Shown here: piece after piece, positions 1 through 9,157 of the stretch
Layout of the letters: the number at the start of each line of letters is the position of its first letter
Position numbering within the stretch: the stretch's first letter is position 1
Source of the DNA: Pseudoalteromonas sp.
GTDB lineage: Bacteria > Pseudomonadota > Gammaproteobacteria > Enterobacterales > Alteromonadaceae
Length of the DNA stretch: 64,000 nucleotides
Assembly: GCF_041629635.1 (NCBI RefSeq)
Contig: NZ_JBFKMX010000001.1
Location: 7,863 to 71,862, forward strand
Direction of reading: 5' to 3'
Notes under the pieces: model-generated
The model's database searches: none
What the model saw: only the letters and a program-made list of their open reading frames with translations
Told to the model about the DNA's origin: nothing
Translations under genes and position numbers: made by a program

Positions 1-894
1 TTGCTATCGTTTAATTTTGGTATTTTCGGGGTGTTATTGAGTGGTTGCCTAGTTACCACTATGGTAACCATCAGTTTAGTTTTAGTTCATAGACGTTTAT
101 TGTTTTGTAAAGAGCCTTTTCTTTCACGTAAGCACTTTCGTTACGGTTCGCACATCGCCCTTTCTGCACTCTTTTTGTATGGGTTGGGCGGTGCTGAAAA
201 CTGGTTTATAGCAAGTGCATTAGGTCCTTCTCAACTGGCATTTTATTTTATTGCAACACAGTTCTCTTTAGCGTTATCTCTGGCATTTGAACCGTTTCGT
301 TTATGGTGGTTTCCAGTGCGTTTCAAACGCTTTGAAAGCAATCCGGAATTAGCGGCGAAAGGGGCTGTTATGGGATGTTTTATCATCACTTTGTTGGCAC
401 TTTTCATGATGATATTTGCTCCCTTTATGATGACTTGGCTACTGCCAAGTCATTACCATGGCAGTGCTGACTATATTGCAATACTATGCCTAATTTTAGT
501 GATTAAGACATATGCAGAACTGTTAAACCTTGGCTGTTATTTAGATAAATATACTGGTTATGTGCCACTTATCAACGGGGTATGTGCTGTTATCGCGCTT
601 GTCAGCATAGCAAGAACCACAACATTTTATGGAATTAATGGAGTGTTTTTTGGATTACTACTAGCACACACATTGCGGTTTTTAGCCTTTTATCTGATAA
701 GTCAACGCATTGCTCGATTAAGGTATCAATTCACCACGCTTGCTGTGGTTTTTAGTTTGCTTGTATTGCATTTAGTGCTTGCAGAATCGATTTGGCTAAA
801 TATTGGCTTGCTAACACTTTCAGTGCTTTTCGCAATTAAATTTCTACATACGCACTCGCTCGACAAAGTGAGAGATAGATATGAATACTCTTAA
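1..894 (+). CDS. Wzx-type polysaccharide flippase (SypK-like), 5' truncated by window edge
   Basis: Multi-TM hydrophobic ORF open from base 1; FYFIATQFSLALSLAFEPFRLWWFP segment typical of MOP/Wzx flippases; first gene of an EPS cluster. Confidence 0.8.
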   Translation: MLSFNFGIFGVLLSGCLVTTMVTISLVLVHRRLLFCKEPFLSRKHFRYGSHIALSALFLYGLGGAENWFIASALGPSQLAFYFIATQFSLALSLAFEPFRLWWFPVRFKRFESNPELAAKGAVMGCFIITLLALFMMIFAPFMMTWLLPSHYHGSADYIAILCLILVIKTYAELLNLGCYLDKYTGYVPLINGVCAVIALVSIARTTTFYGINGVFFGLLLAHTLRFLAFYLISQRIARLRYQFTTLAVVFSLLVLHLVLAESIWLNIGLLTLSVLFAIKFLHTHSLDKVRDRYEYS

Positions 895-2284
895 CTTAAG
901 TCATGCTGAATTGATGTCCCCGTACAAGCTCATAATTCTCGGTTTATTAGTGAGTTTTACTGTTATCGCACTTTATAAAATTGCTGGACCCGCAGCACCA
1001 TTTGCATTTTTGATGTTGCCGTTTGCGCTTTTTTTTACTGTGCGCTTTAGCGTAATTTTTGTCATTTTATTTATTCTTTTTAGTTATTTTCGTATTCACG
1101 AAGCTTTTCCGGTGCTAATGCCATTTAAAATACCCAAATTACTTGCGTTGGCATCCCTATTTGGCATTGTGTGGCATCTGATATTAAGCAAAAAACTGAC
1201 ACCTTTCTGGCATCCGGCTCATAGTGTATTTATGCTGTTTTTTATTTGGTTAACCCTATGCGTAATGATGGCAACAAATCGTGCAATGGCGATTGATTAT
1301 TGGATTTCAACCCTTAGCAAAGTAATGATAATGGTATTTGTGATTAGTTGGTGGGTGAATACGCCTCGTGCCTTTAGTATCGCCCGCATTGGGATTATGG
1401 CTAGCGGTTTACTAATCGCTTTTGTTGCTGTTTCAAACAAACTCAATGGTATTGGTTTAGTAGAAGGGACACGCGTCACCATCTCTCGGCATTTAAAATC
1501 TCAGATTGGTGATCCGAATGATCTTTCACTGGTATTGCTTTTTCCCGTTTCGTTTCTCTGCGCCGAACTATTTAATAACGAAGGTAAATTTTTGAACCGG
1601 CTTCTTGTATTTATGGTTCTCTGTTTAGTAGTGTACGGCATTATCGCGACACAGAGCAGAGGCGGATTGTTAGGTGTAATGGCGATTGTTGCTTATTTTC
1701 TTGGACGAACTCTTAAAAACCCAATTGCGTTGATTTCTGTGTTGCTTACAGGGTTTAGCATGTTATTAATCGCTGCGGGTATCAGTGATAGACAAAGTGG
1801 TGGCGCTGCTGAAAGCGGTATAGATGAATCTGCTATGGGGCGAATATATGCTTGGCAAGCGGCAATCAATATGGCGATCTCAAATCCACTAACTGGTGTT
1901 GGCGTTAATAACTTCTATGTAAATTATTTCTTTTATAGCCCGCATTGGGATGGCAAAAATCACGCAGTACACAGTACATGGTTTCAAGTGCTAGGTGAAA
2001 CAGGCTTTGTTGGTATTTTGCTTTTTGCAACGCTAATCGCGACGATTTATCGTAGCTTAAAACGCAGCGGCTCACTGGTGAAGTATTACTCAGAACCAAA
2101 TTTGTTGGTCAATGTGCAAGCTTTAAAAGGCGGATTAATAGGCTTTGTCGTATCGGGTACTTTTTTAACGCAAGCTTTTACATGGCCAATATACATTGTG
2201 TTATCACTTAGTATCGCGTTGGAACAGATGCTGCAAACATCTAGTAAATCGCACGCGGAGGTGAGCCATGATTGCAGACGTTAA
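881..2284 (+). CDS. O-antigen ligase/Wzy-like polysaccharide polymerase (SypL-like)
   Basis: Many TM helices; GDPNDL, TQSRGG, PLTGVG and AVHSTWFQVLGETG motifs of the Wzy_C family. Confidence 0.85.
   Translation: MNTLNLSHAELMSPYKLIILGLLVSFTVIALYKIAGPAAPFAFLMLPFALFFTVRFSVIFVILFILFSYFRIHEAFPVLMPFKIPKLLALASLFGIVWHLILSKKLTPFWHPAHSVFMLFFIWLTLCVMMATNRAMAIDYWISTLSKVMIMVFVISWWVNTPRAFSIARIGIMASGLLIAFVAVSNKLNGIGLVEGTRVTISRHLKSQIGDPNDLSLVLLFPVSFLCAELFNNEGKFLNRLLVFMVLCLVVYGIIATQSRGGLLGVMAIVAYFLGRTLKNPIALISVLLTGFSMLLIAAGISDRQSGGAAESGIDESAMGRIYAWQAAINMAISNPLTGVGVNNFYVNYFFYSPHWDGKNHAVHSTWFQVLGETGFVGILLFATLIATIYRSLKRSGSLVKYYSEPNLLVNVQALKGGLIGFVVSGTFLTQAFTWPIYIVLSLSIALEQMLQTSSKSHAEVSHDCRR
2018..2030. promoter_or_regulatory. 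Near-perfect LuxO-type enhancer box inside the polymerase gene
   Basis: TTGCT-TTT-TGCAA, 1 mismatch to TTGCA-W3-TGCAA, about 190 bp upstream of the sigma54-like element at 2220; lies in coding sequence so may be chance. Confidence 0.35.
2220..2235 (+). promoter_or_regulatory. Putative internal sigma54 promoter for the acetyltransferase-GT genes
   Basis: TGGAAC-AGATG-CTGCA, GG-N10-GC spacing (GG 2221-2222, GC 2233-2234), 33 bp before the ATG at 2268. Confidence 0.45.
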
Positions 2285-2969
2285 AAATTGGGTAAAAAGC
2301 AGTGATACAGGTTTGGGTAAATTTTGTCGTAGTAGTTTTTATGCGCTTAAACATATCGAAATGCCTGTGATCCCGTTGTTTTACAAAATACTTTTTTTAC
2401 TACATGGTTGTATGAAAACGATGTGGCACAAGACACTCCAGTTTTTTTACTATACGCCAATGTTTAAAAGCCAAGTGGGTGGTTCTAAAAAACGATTGAC
2501 TCTCCAGTGCGGTATACCTCAAGTAATTGGAACATTGGCAATACGCGTTGGTAATGATGTAAGAATGTCAGGTGTTACGACCTTTTGCGGGCGCTATAAT
2601 CAACATCATGTTGCACAATTGATTATCGGAAATAATGTTGATATTGGTTGGCAAAATGCGTTTTCAGTAGGATCGCGGATTGAATTACATGACGATGTTC
2701 GACTTGCAGGCAGAGTTTTTTTAGCAGGGTTTCCTGGTCATCCACTTAATAGTGCTGAGCGAGCAAAAGGCAAGCCTGACTTGCCGGAGCAAGTAGGCGA
2801 TATCATTATCAAACAAGGAGCATGGATAGGAACTGGTGCCACCGTTCTAGCAGGTGTTACGATTGGAAAAGGTGCTATTGTGGCTGCGAATGCAGTTGTG
2901 ACTAAAGATGTTCCTGACTTTACTCTCGTTGCAGGTAATCCTGCGAGAATAATTAAGCAAGTAAGTTAG
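2268..2969 (+). CDS. Left-handed beta-helix O-acetyltransferase (SypM-like)
   Basis: Hexapeptide repeats, AWIGTGATVLAGVTIGKGAIVAANAVVTKDVP and VAGNPARIIK; GGAGG RBS. Confidence 0.9.
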   Translation: MIADVKNWVKSSDTGLGKFCRSSFYALKHIEMPVIPLFYKILFLLHGCMKTMWHKTLQFFYYTPMFKSQVGGSKKRLTLQCGIPQVIGTLAIRVGNDVRMSGVTTFCGRYNQHHVAQLIIGNNVDIGWQNAFSVGSRIELHDDVRLAGRVFLAGFPGHPLNSAERAKGKPDLPEQVGDIIIKQGAWIGTGATVLAGVTIGKGAIVAANAVVTKDVPDFTLVAGNPARIIKQVS

Positions 2970-2978
2970 GGAGGCAAC

Positions 2979-4088
2979 ATGAAATTTGTTGTATTTGCAG
3001 AAGACTGGGGACGCCATCCTAGTAGCACCCAACACATATTTAAAGTGATTGCTGAACAATACCAAGTTACGTGGTTTAATTCTGTCGGTATGCGTAAACC
3101 TAAGCTGAATTTAACCGATTTAGGACGCGTATATAGCAAGCTCAAGCTGATGCTGTTGAATAAAAAACAATTATCAGCAGAAAAGTTACTTATTAATACA
3201 CGTAACCCATTGATTTTACCTTGGCATGATCGCAAATGGGTGGCTAGATTTAATAAGCGTCAAATTGCAAAACAGCTAGATTTATCTTCACAAGAACCGA
3301 TTATTTACTGGATTAGTGTGCCAACTGCTATCAATATGATTCAACTGCGCCCGCAAGATAGCCTGATTTACTACTGCGGGGATGATTTTTCAAACCTAGC
3401 AGGAGTTGATCCTCAGCTGATCCAGGAAAGTGAAGCCCGCTTAATACATCAAGCGCATAACATTTTTGTCGTCAGTAAAGTGCTGCTCGACAAAATGCCG
3501 AAGCACAAAACGCAATTGCTAGAACATGGTGTGGATTACACATTGTTTAGCCAAATGAAAAAAACCAATAGCCAACTGAATTCATTAAACAATATTATTG
3601 GATTTTATGGCTCGTTGTCAGAGTGGTTAGATCTTGAATTATTAATCAAATTAGCTAAGACACGCCCACAATATCACTTATTGTTAATAGGAAAAGCTGA
3701 TATTGATATCAGTGCGCTTGTGGCATTACCAAACGTAACTTATCTTGCGCAAGTTGCGCATCACCAACTTGCTAGTTTTTCTCAACATTGGCAAGTTTCA
3801 CTTTTACCGTTTATTGATAACGGCCAAATTAGGGCATGTAACCCTCTTAAATTGAAAGAATACTTGGCAGCTGGTAAGCCCATTGTATCGAGTTGTTTCC
3901 CTGCTGTTGAACGTTACAAAGATTCAGTACTTATTGCACGGGATCATATGGGATTTATTGCAAGGGTAGATTACGCTATGGAGATTTCTAAAAATTCTTC
4001 TCTAGACTGGCGAACATATTCGCAACAATTAGTCAAAAAGCACAGTTGGCAACAAAAGGCAGCTTTTGTCATAGAACAACTAGTTTAA
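2979..4088 (+). CDS. Glycosyltransferase, GT-B fold/TuaH-like (SypN-like)
   Basis: EDWGRHPSSTQH N-terminus, IGFYGSL and NPLKLKEYLAAGKPIV motifs; GGAGG RBS. Confidence 0.9.
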   Translation: MKFVVFAEDWGRHPSSTQHIFKVIAEQYQVTWFNSVGMRKPKLNLTDLGRVYSKLKLMLLNKKQLSAEKLLINTRNPLILPWHDRKWVARFNKRQIAKQLDLSSQEPIIYWISVPTAINMIQLRPQDSLIYYCGDDFSNLAGVDPQLIQESEARLIHQAHNIFVVSKVLLDKMPKHKTQLLEHGVDYTLFSQMKKTNSQLNSLNNIIGFYGSLSEWLDLELLIKLAKTRPQYHLLLIGKADIDISALVALPNVTYLAQVAHHQLASFSQHWQVSLLPFIDNGQIRACNPLKLKEYLAAGKPIVSSCFPAVERYKDSVLIARDHMGFIARVDYAMEISKNSSLDWRTYSQQLVKKHSWQQKAAFVIEQLV

Positions 4089-4107
4089 ACGCTCTTTTGA
4101 GCGTTTT
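4087..4107 (+). terminator. Intrinsic terminator after the first EPS operon
   Basis: AAACGCTC-TTTT-GAGCGTTT perfect hairpin followed by T-tract, directly at the stop codon. Confidence 0.75.
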
Positions 4108-4199
4108 ATTCGATTATCGAGTTTCATAAAGCTTTAAAACCTGCCTCTAATTTCTCACCCCGCGTCTACGAGAGAGATCTTTAATTATCGTTTGAGAAT

Positions 4200-4215
4200 T
4201 GGCGCTAATATTGCG
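4200..4215 (+). promoter_or_regulatory. sigma54 -24/-12 promoter
   Basis: TGGCGC-TAATA-TTGCG, exact GG-N10-GC spacing, intergenic. Confidence 0.65.
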
Positions 4216-4283
4216 ACATAACCTACAGAGTAGTGAAAAAATAGTGTTTTTCACATTTTGAAAACAAAATTCGTTAAATTGCG

Positions 4284-4296
4284 TTGCATTTTGCAA
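4284..4296. promoter_or_regulatory. LuxO-type enhancer box
   Basis: Perfect TTGCA-TTT-TGCAA palindrome, intergenic, just before the RBS of the gene at 4310. Confidence 0.7.
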
Positions 4297-4309
4297 AATA
4301 GGAAGGGTA

Positions 4310-5797
4310 ATGGTTTTTACGATAGCGCAAATTAAAAAGCTTATTTACCTCGCTTTGTATACTATTTACGAGCGCTGGCAGCTAATTATATTGCCAATTA
4401 TTATTGTGCCCATTGCTGTTATCGGGATTGCACTTAACAGTCCAAAGCAATTCACCAACCACGCGACCATTTTGATAGAAGAATCTGCTCTTCTGAACCC
4501 ATTTTTAGATGAATTAGAATTCTCCTTTGAGTTGTCTTCACGGATGGATGCATTACGTACCTTAGTACTGAGCCGAAAAAATTTAACAGGAGTTGTGAAA
4601 GAAGTTGGGCTGGTAAAAAACCTTGATAATCAGCTTGAAGTTGAAAAAATGCAAGAAAAACTGGCCAATGCAATCTCTATTTCTCTGGTGGGAGATGAGC
4701 TAGTGCGAATTCACTTCAAGTGGGAAAAACGTGAAGAAATGAAACCTGTGCTTGAAGCAATGGTAGAAAAGTTTATTGAACGTTTACTCGCACCAACAAA
4801 AACATCTCTCGATACCTCAGAAATCTTTTTGAAAAATCAGCTGGAAGAAATGCGCGTCCAGCTAGAGGTAGCCGAAGATAAGCTGGCAAAATTCAAACGC
4901 GATAATCGTGCTGCACTGCCCGAATTATTGAACATCAATCAAGACACTTTGGTTCGCTTAGAACAAAAAAAACAGCAAAAATTAGTGGATTTAAGTGGTG
5001 CAAAAGCACGATTAGCTACATTGAAAAAACAACTTGCCAAAGCGAATCCCGTAAAAGGCCGTTTAGTGGACAGTATCATGCGAATTGAAGCGGATATTGC
5101 GCTATTACTTACCCGATATACTGACCAACACAGTAAAGTCCAAGCAAAACTGCGTGAATTAGAAACTTTAAAAATACGCAAGCAAGAAATAGAAACCCAG
5201 TCGCAACCATTTGAAGAAGCGGACCTTGATTCATTGTGGCAAATTGCAAATAGTTTACCGTTGGGTGCCAACGCCAAAGACAGTGCGCTGTTAGTATCAC
5301 AACTTATTACTTTAGAAGAAGCTGAAAATCAAGTTGCACAACTGAAAGAAGAACTTGAGATGTTGTCTGAGCAGCTTTCTGAGATTTCCACTCATCTATC
5401 AAGTTCCAGTGAAATTGATAAAACATTGCGTCAATTACAACGAGATTATCAAGTAAAACAAACACTGTATTCCGAAATGCTCGAACGATATGAGATGTCG
5501 AAAGTAACGGGTCAATTGGTTCGGTACGAAGGGCCTGACAAAGTAAAAATAATTGAGCGCGCTTACAGCCCAACTACACCAATCAATCAGTCACTTGTTA
5601 TTAATATATTTTTGGGGGTAGTACTCGGGCTTTTTAGCGCTGCGGCACTGACATTTATCGCCATGATCACCGACTTTAGATTACGTGATAAAAGCATGAT
5701 TGAAGCAATATCAGGAAAACGCGTCTTAACAACATTACCTATTGTGAAAGATGTATCTCAGTACATCACATCGACTCATCGGAGGCACTATGAATAA
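4310..5797 (+). CDS. Polysaccharide chain-length determinant, GumC/Wzz-Wzc type (SypO-like)
   Basis: N- and C-terminal TM helices flanking a long periplasmic coiled coil; KIIERAYSPTTP before the last TM. Confidence 0.9.
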   Translation: MVFTIAQIKKLIYLALYTIYERWQLIILPIIIVPIAVIGIALNSPKQFTNHATILIEESALLNPFLDELEFSFELSSRMDALRTLVLSRKNLTGVVKEVGLVKNLDNQLEVEKMQEKLANAISISLVGDELVRIHFKWEKREEMKPVLEAMVEKFIERLLAPTKTSLDTSEIFLKNQLEEMRVQLEVAEDKLAKFKRDNRAALPELLNINQDTLVRLEQKKQQKLVDLSGAKARLATLKKQLAKANPVKGRLVDSIMRIEADIALLLTRYTDQHSKVQAKLRELETLKIRKQEIETQSQPFEEADLDSLWQIANSLPLGANAKDSALLVSQLITLEEAENQVAQLKEELEMLSEQLSEISTHLSSSSEIDKTLRQLQRDYQVKQTLYSEMLERYEMSKVTGQLVRYEGPDKVKIIERAYSPTTPINQSLVINIFLGVVLGLFSAAALTFIAMITDFRLRDKSMIEAISGKRVLTTLPIVKDVSQYITSTHRRHYE

Positions 5798-6866
5798 CAT
5801 CATTCAGTTGATACAACACCCGTACATTGGTGGACTTGAAAAAATGGCATTTGGCTTATGTTGCAGTGAATTAAAAGATTCAAATATGTTCTTAGTTGCC
5901 TTAGAAGGGACAAAAAAAGATGCCATCGCAGATTGGAACGAACTTGCACAGCTTGATAACTTTTACTGTTTGAATAAGGCGCAGGGGATGGACTGGCAAA
6001 CGGTTAAAAATCTAGTGGAGATGATTGATAATTATCGGATTAAAGTAATCCACAGTCATCATATAGGCCCGATGTTGTATGCAAGTCTTGTAAAAAGAAT
6101 GCGCCCTGAAGTACAGCATATCCATACCCTGCATGATGCTTGGTATTTGACTGATTTTAAATATCGTATGTTCACCAAACTGATCGATAAATTTTCACCG
6201 ATCACGATTGTGGCTGACGCCGAGGCAGTCGCTGATGTTGCGAAATCCAAAGCTAATGTGGTGTCTGATTATATTGTGCATAATGGTATTGATACAGATT
6301 ATTTCAAACCGTCATCACGTTATTCGGCGCGTTTAAAGCTAGGTTTACCAAGCGATAACATCATTATAGGTTGTGCTGCGCGCATTGAAAAAGGCAAAGG
6401 TCATAAAGCCATGCTGCGAGCTTTGAATGCTTTGCCTGCAACAGTCCATATGGCATTTGCTGGAGATGGCAGTCTGTTAGCAGATCTTAAAGAGTATGCT
6501 TTATACATTGGCGTTTCAGATAGGGTTCATTGGTTAGGGTGTGTTCATGATATGCCAATTTTTTATTCTGCAATTGATGTGTTTTGTTTGTATTCAGAGC
6601 GTGAGGGGTTGCCGTTATCTATTTTAGAGGCAATGGCATGTAATCGGCCAATTGTCGCCAGTGATGTTGGTGGTATTTCTGAGGTGGTAAACGACAAATT
6701 GGGTTTTGTGCTTCCAATAGAAAATGAGCATCTTTTAGCTCCAAGTTTATTAGCAGCACTAAAGTTGAACAATGGTATGGATATCCGCCAATATGCACTT
6801 GCACAAGCGACGTTGAAAGTAATGGCTCAGGATTACAACAAAATATACCAAACTATCTTAGTGTGA
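5790..6866 (+). CDS. GT4 glycosyltransferase (SypP-like)
   Basis: GGLEKM, HNGIDTDYF, ARIEKGKGH and EGLPLSILEAMAC motifs; start moved to ATG 5790 behind GGAGG at 5781. Confidence 0.9.
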   Translation: MNNIIQLIQHPYIGGLEKMAFGLCCSELKDSNMFLVALEGTKKDAIADWNELAQLDNFYCLNKAQGMDWQTVKNLVEMIDNYRIKVIHSHHIGPMLYASLVKRMRPEVQHIHTLHDAWYLTDFKYRMFTKLIDKFSPITIVADAEAVADVAKSKANVVSDYIVHNGIDTDYFKPSSRYSARLKLGLPSDNIIIGCAARIEKGKGHKAMLRALNALPATVHMAFAGDGSLLADLKEYALYIGVSDRVHWLGCVHDMPIFYSAIDVFCLYSEREGLPLSILEAMACNRPIVASDVGGISEVVNDKLGFVLPIENEHLLAPSLLAALKLNNGMDIRQYALAQATLKVMAQDYNKIYQTILV

Positions 6867-6876
6867 GGATGTGATT

Positions 6877-8670
6877 ATGCTTTGGTTTATTATTGCTGCT
6901 ATTGCCGTCATATTTATTTACCATCACATGGTATACCCATTATTACTGGCATATATTGCTGGTAAACAGCCTTCAACAGAGCGGGGCCTATACAAATTTG
7001 AGTCAAGTGAGATACCTTCAATTGGAATTTTTATCGCCGCTTACAATGAGGCTGATTTTATTGAAGAAAAGCTACATAATTTAGCGTCACAGTTGTATCC
7101 CAATGACAAGATAGGTATTCATATTTTTGGCGATGGTTGTACTGATAATACCGCTGAAATTGTAAAACGGGTGAGTAGACACTTGCACGCTAATTTTATT
7201 TATTGCACTTATGATGAAGTCCAAGTGAATGCGGGTAAAGTGAGTGCGCTTAACCACTTGATTTCGCACTATCGTAATGAATACGACATTATTGTTTTCA
7301 CCGATGTAAGTGCGTTAATGAGTGTAGATTGCTTGACACAAGTAGCACTATCAATGGAGAACAAACAGGTGATTGCAGTGTCGGGTAATTACTTACCCAA
7401 TTCGAGTGCACATCAAAGCTTAGATAAGTATTGGCATTATCAAAATGCTATCCGTAAGCTTGAGGGGAAACTTGGTGCTGTCAATGGATTTTCAGGTGCA
7501 ATGTTTGCGATCCGTGCCGAGGCAGTGACCCGACTTGCTGCAAAAACAATTAATGATGATTTTGTTCAAGTGGTGTCAGCCATCAGCAAATCTAACTGCG
7601 CATGTTTTAACGAAGCGATTTCAATAATTGAATGTGAGCCTGATAGTTCTCAGAAAGACTTTAAACGGCGCATCCGCATTGGTGCTGGAAACTGGCAGCA
7701 ACTCACTGCTATTTTTACTGCCGCAAAAGGATTTAGTAAAGCACAATGGTTTAGCTTTATTTCAAATAAAGTCTTGCGAGGTGTAATGCCAATACTTCTG
7801 CTTGTGGCTTTCAGCGCGCAATTATTTTTAGCTGTAACCGGTGATTTTATCGCGCAACTGGGGGTGTCGCTTGCGTTTATCATTCATTTTATCGGTGTTT
7901 TGAAGGCGCTCTTTAAATGGCGTATTCAGCTTGGGTTAATCGATTCTATAAATTACCTTGTTTCGAGCTACCTCGCTGCACTTATTGGTATTTTGACCTT
8001 GTCTCGCTATAACAAGCCATGGCGTCGAATTTCAGAATTAAAAGCACATAGAGCTTATATTACGATTTGTAAACGCGGTATCGACATTATTACTTCTGTG
8101 ATTGGTTTAGTATTATTTAGTCCAATTATGCTGCTTGCTGCGATTGCCATTAAATGTGACTCGAAAGGTGCAGTTATTTACAAGCAACTTCGTGTTGGCC
8201 AAATAAATGAAGATAGAACAGAGCTTATTTATGTTTATAAACTGCGTACCATGCGCATTGGTGCAGAAAAAGGGACAGGCGCTGTATGGGCAAAAGGGAA
8301 TGATCCGCGTGTTACACGTGTTGGACGTTTTTTAAGAAAAACCCGCATTGATGAATTGCCTCAATTTTGGAATGTACTCTCTGGTGATATGTCACTTATT
8401 GGGCCACGTCCAGAAAGGCCTAGCTTTTACAGTAAATTAGAGCGCGAAATTCCCTATTTTATCCAACGTACTTATGGAATAAAGCCTGGTATTTCAGGCC
8501 TTGCACAAGTTATGAATGGTTATGATGAAAGTGTTGAAGATGTAAGAAACAAAATTGCTTGGGATTATTCTTATGTACTTTCAATGACACGCTTTTCAAC
8601 CTGGCTTGTGATGGAGTTTGATATTGTGCTTAAGACGATTAAAGTCGTGGTGTTGGGCAAAGGGCAATAG
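6877..8670 (+). CDS. GT2 glycosyltransferase fused to a Bac_transf priming sugar transferase (SypQ+SypR-like)
   Basis: N-half AAYNEA, GKVSALN, FTDVSA, INDDF, RRIRIGAGNWQ; C-half KRGIDI, YKLRTM, DPRVTRVGRFLRKTRIDELPQFWNVLSGDMSLIGPRPERP. Confidence 0.9.
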   Translation: MLWFIIAAIAVIFIYHHMVYPLLLAYIAGKQPSTERGLYKFESSEIPSIGIFIAAYNEADFIEEKLHNLASQLYPNDKIGIHIFGDGCTDNTAEIVKRVSRHLHANFIYCTYDEVQVNAGKVSALNHLISHYRNEYDIIVFTDVSALMSVDCLTQVALSMENKQVIAVSGNYLPNSSAHQSLDKYWHYQNAIRKLEGKLGAVNGFSGAMFAIRAEAVTRLAAKTINDDFVQVVSAISKSNCACFNEAISIIECEPDSSQKDFKRRIRIGAGNWQQLTAIFTAAKGFSKAQWFSFISNKVLRGVMPILLLVAFSAQLFLAVTGDFIAQLGVSLAFIIHFIGVLKALFKWRIQLGLIDSINYLVSSYLAALIGILTLSRYNKPWRRISELKAHRAYITICKRGIDIITSVIGLVLFSPIMLLAAIAIKCDSKGAVIYKQLRVGQINEDRTELIYVYKLRTMRIGAEKGTGAVWAKGNDPRVTRVGRFLRKTRIDELPQFWNVLSGDMSLIGPRPERPSFYSKLEREIPYFIQRTYGIKPGISGLAQVMNGYDESVEDVRNKIAWDYSYVLSMTRFSTWLVMEFDIVLKTIKVVVLGKGQ

Positions 8671-8672
8671 CA

Positions 8673-8716
8673 TTGCAAAATGCAACAAGTAAATAAACTT
8701 CTGTTGCATTTTGCTA
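8673..8716. promoter_or_regulatory. Tandem LuxO-type enhancer boxes
   Basis: Perfect TTGCA-AAA-TGCAA (8673-8685) and TTGCA-TTT-TGCTA (8704-8716), centres 31 bp apart (about 3 helical turns). Confidence 0.75.
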
Positions 8717-8767
8717 TAATTCTTATCAGTTAACTTGTAACTAATTGAAATATTAATATATTAATTT

Positions 8768-8783
8768 TGGCATTGTATTTGGT
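8768..8783 (+). promoter_or_regulatory. Putative sigma54 promoter with variant -12
   Basis: TGGCAT-TGTAT-TTGGT: consensus -24, correct spacing, GG instead of GC at -12; downstream of the tandem boxes and 35 bp before ATG 8818. Confidence 0.55.
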
Positions 8784-8817
8784 TGTAATTAATCATAGTC
8801 ACAAAGAGGATTAGATT

Positions 8818-9144
8818 ATGAACAACCAACTACCAACAAAAGAACAAGACAACACACTAACAATTGAACTTCCTCACGATTTTTCAGGCTTGAATGTCGA
8901 CAAATATCGCGAACATTTTGAGTGTTTCGCGGCAACGCAACACGATGCTATTGTACTTGATTTTAGTAACACGGAGTTTATTGATTCATCGGGTATTGGC
9001 GCCATGGTTTTTTTGTTTAAACGAATTGAAAAGCGTGGCATCTCAATGATGGTAATGGACGTTACGGGTCAACCTGAAAAGTTAATGAAGCTGTTACGTG
9101 TCGACTCTACTATTCCATTTATTACTTCTGCTCCACTCATTTAA
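8818..9144 (+). CDS. STAS-domain anti-sigma-factor antagonist (SypA-like)
   Basis: IVLDFSNTEFIDSSGIGAMV with the phosphorylatable Ser; GAGGA RBS. Confidence 0.9.
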   Translation: MNNQLPTKEQDNTLTIELPHDFSGLNVDKYREHFECFAATQHDAIVLDFSNTEFIDSSGIGAMVFLFKRIEKRGISMMVMDVTGQPEKLMKLLRVDSTIPFITSAPLI

Positions 9145-9157
9145 TAGAGGCCGTACT

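Noticed and set aside
4152-4198. TTCTCA and TGAGAA, the half-sites of the SypG enhancer
   Set aside because: About 35 bp apart rather than 3, so not a SypG site.
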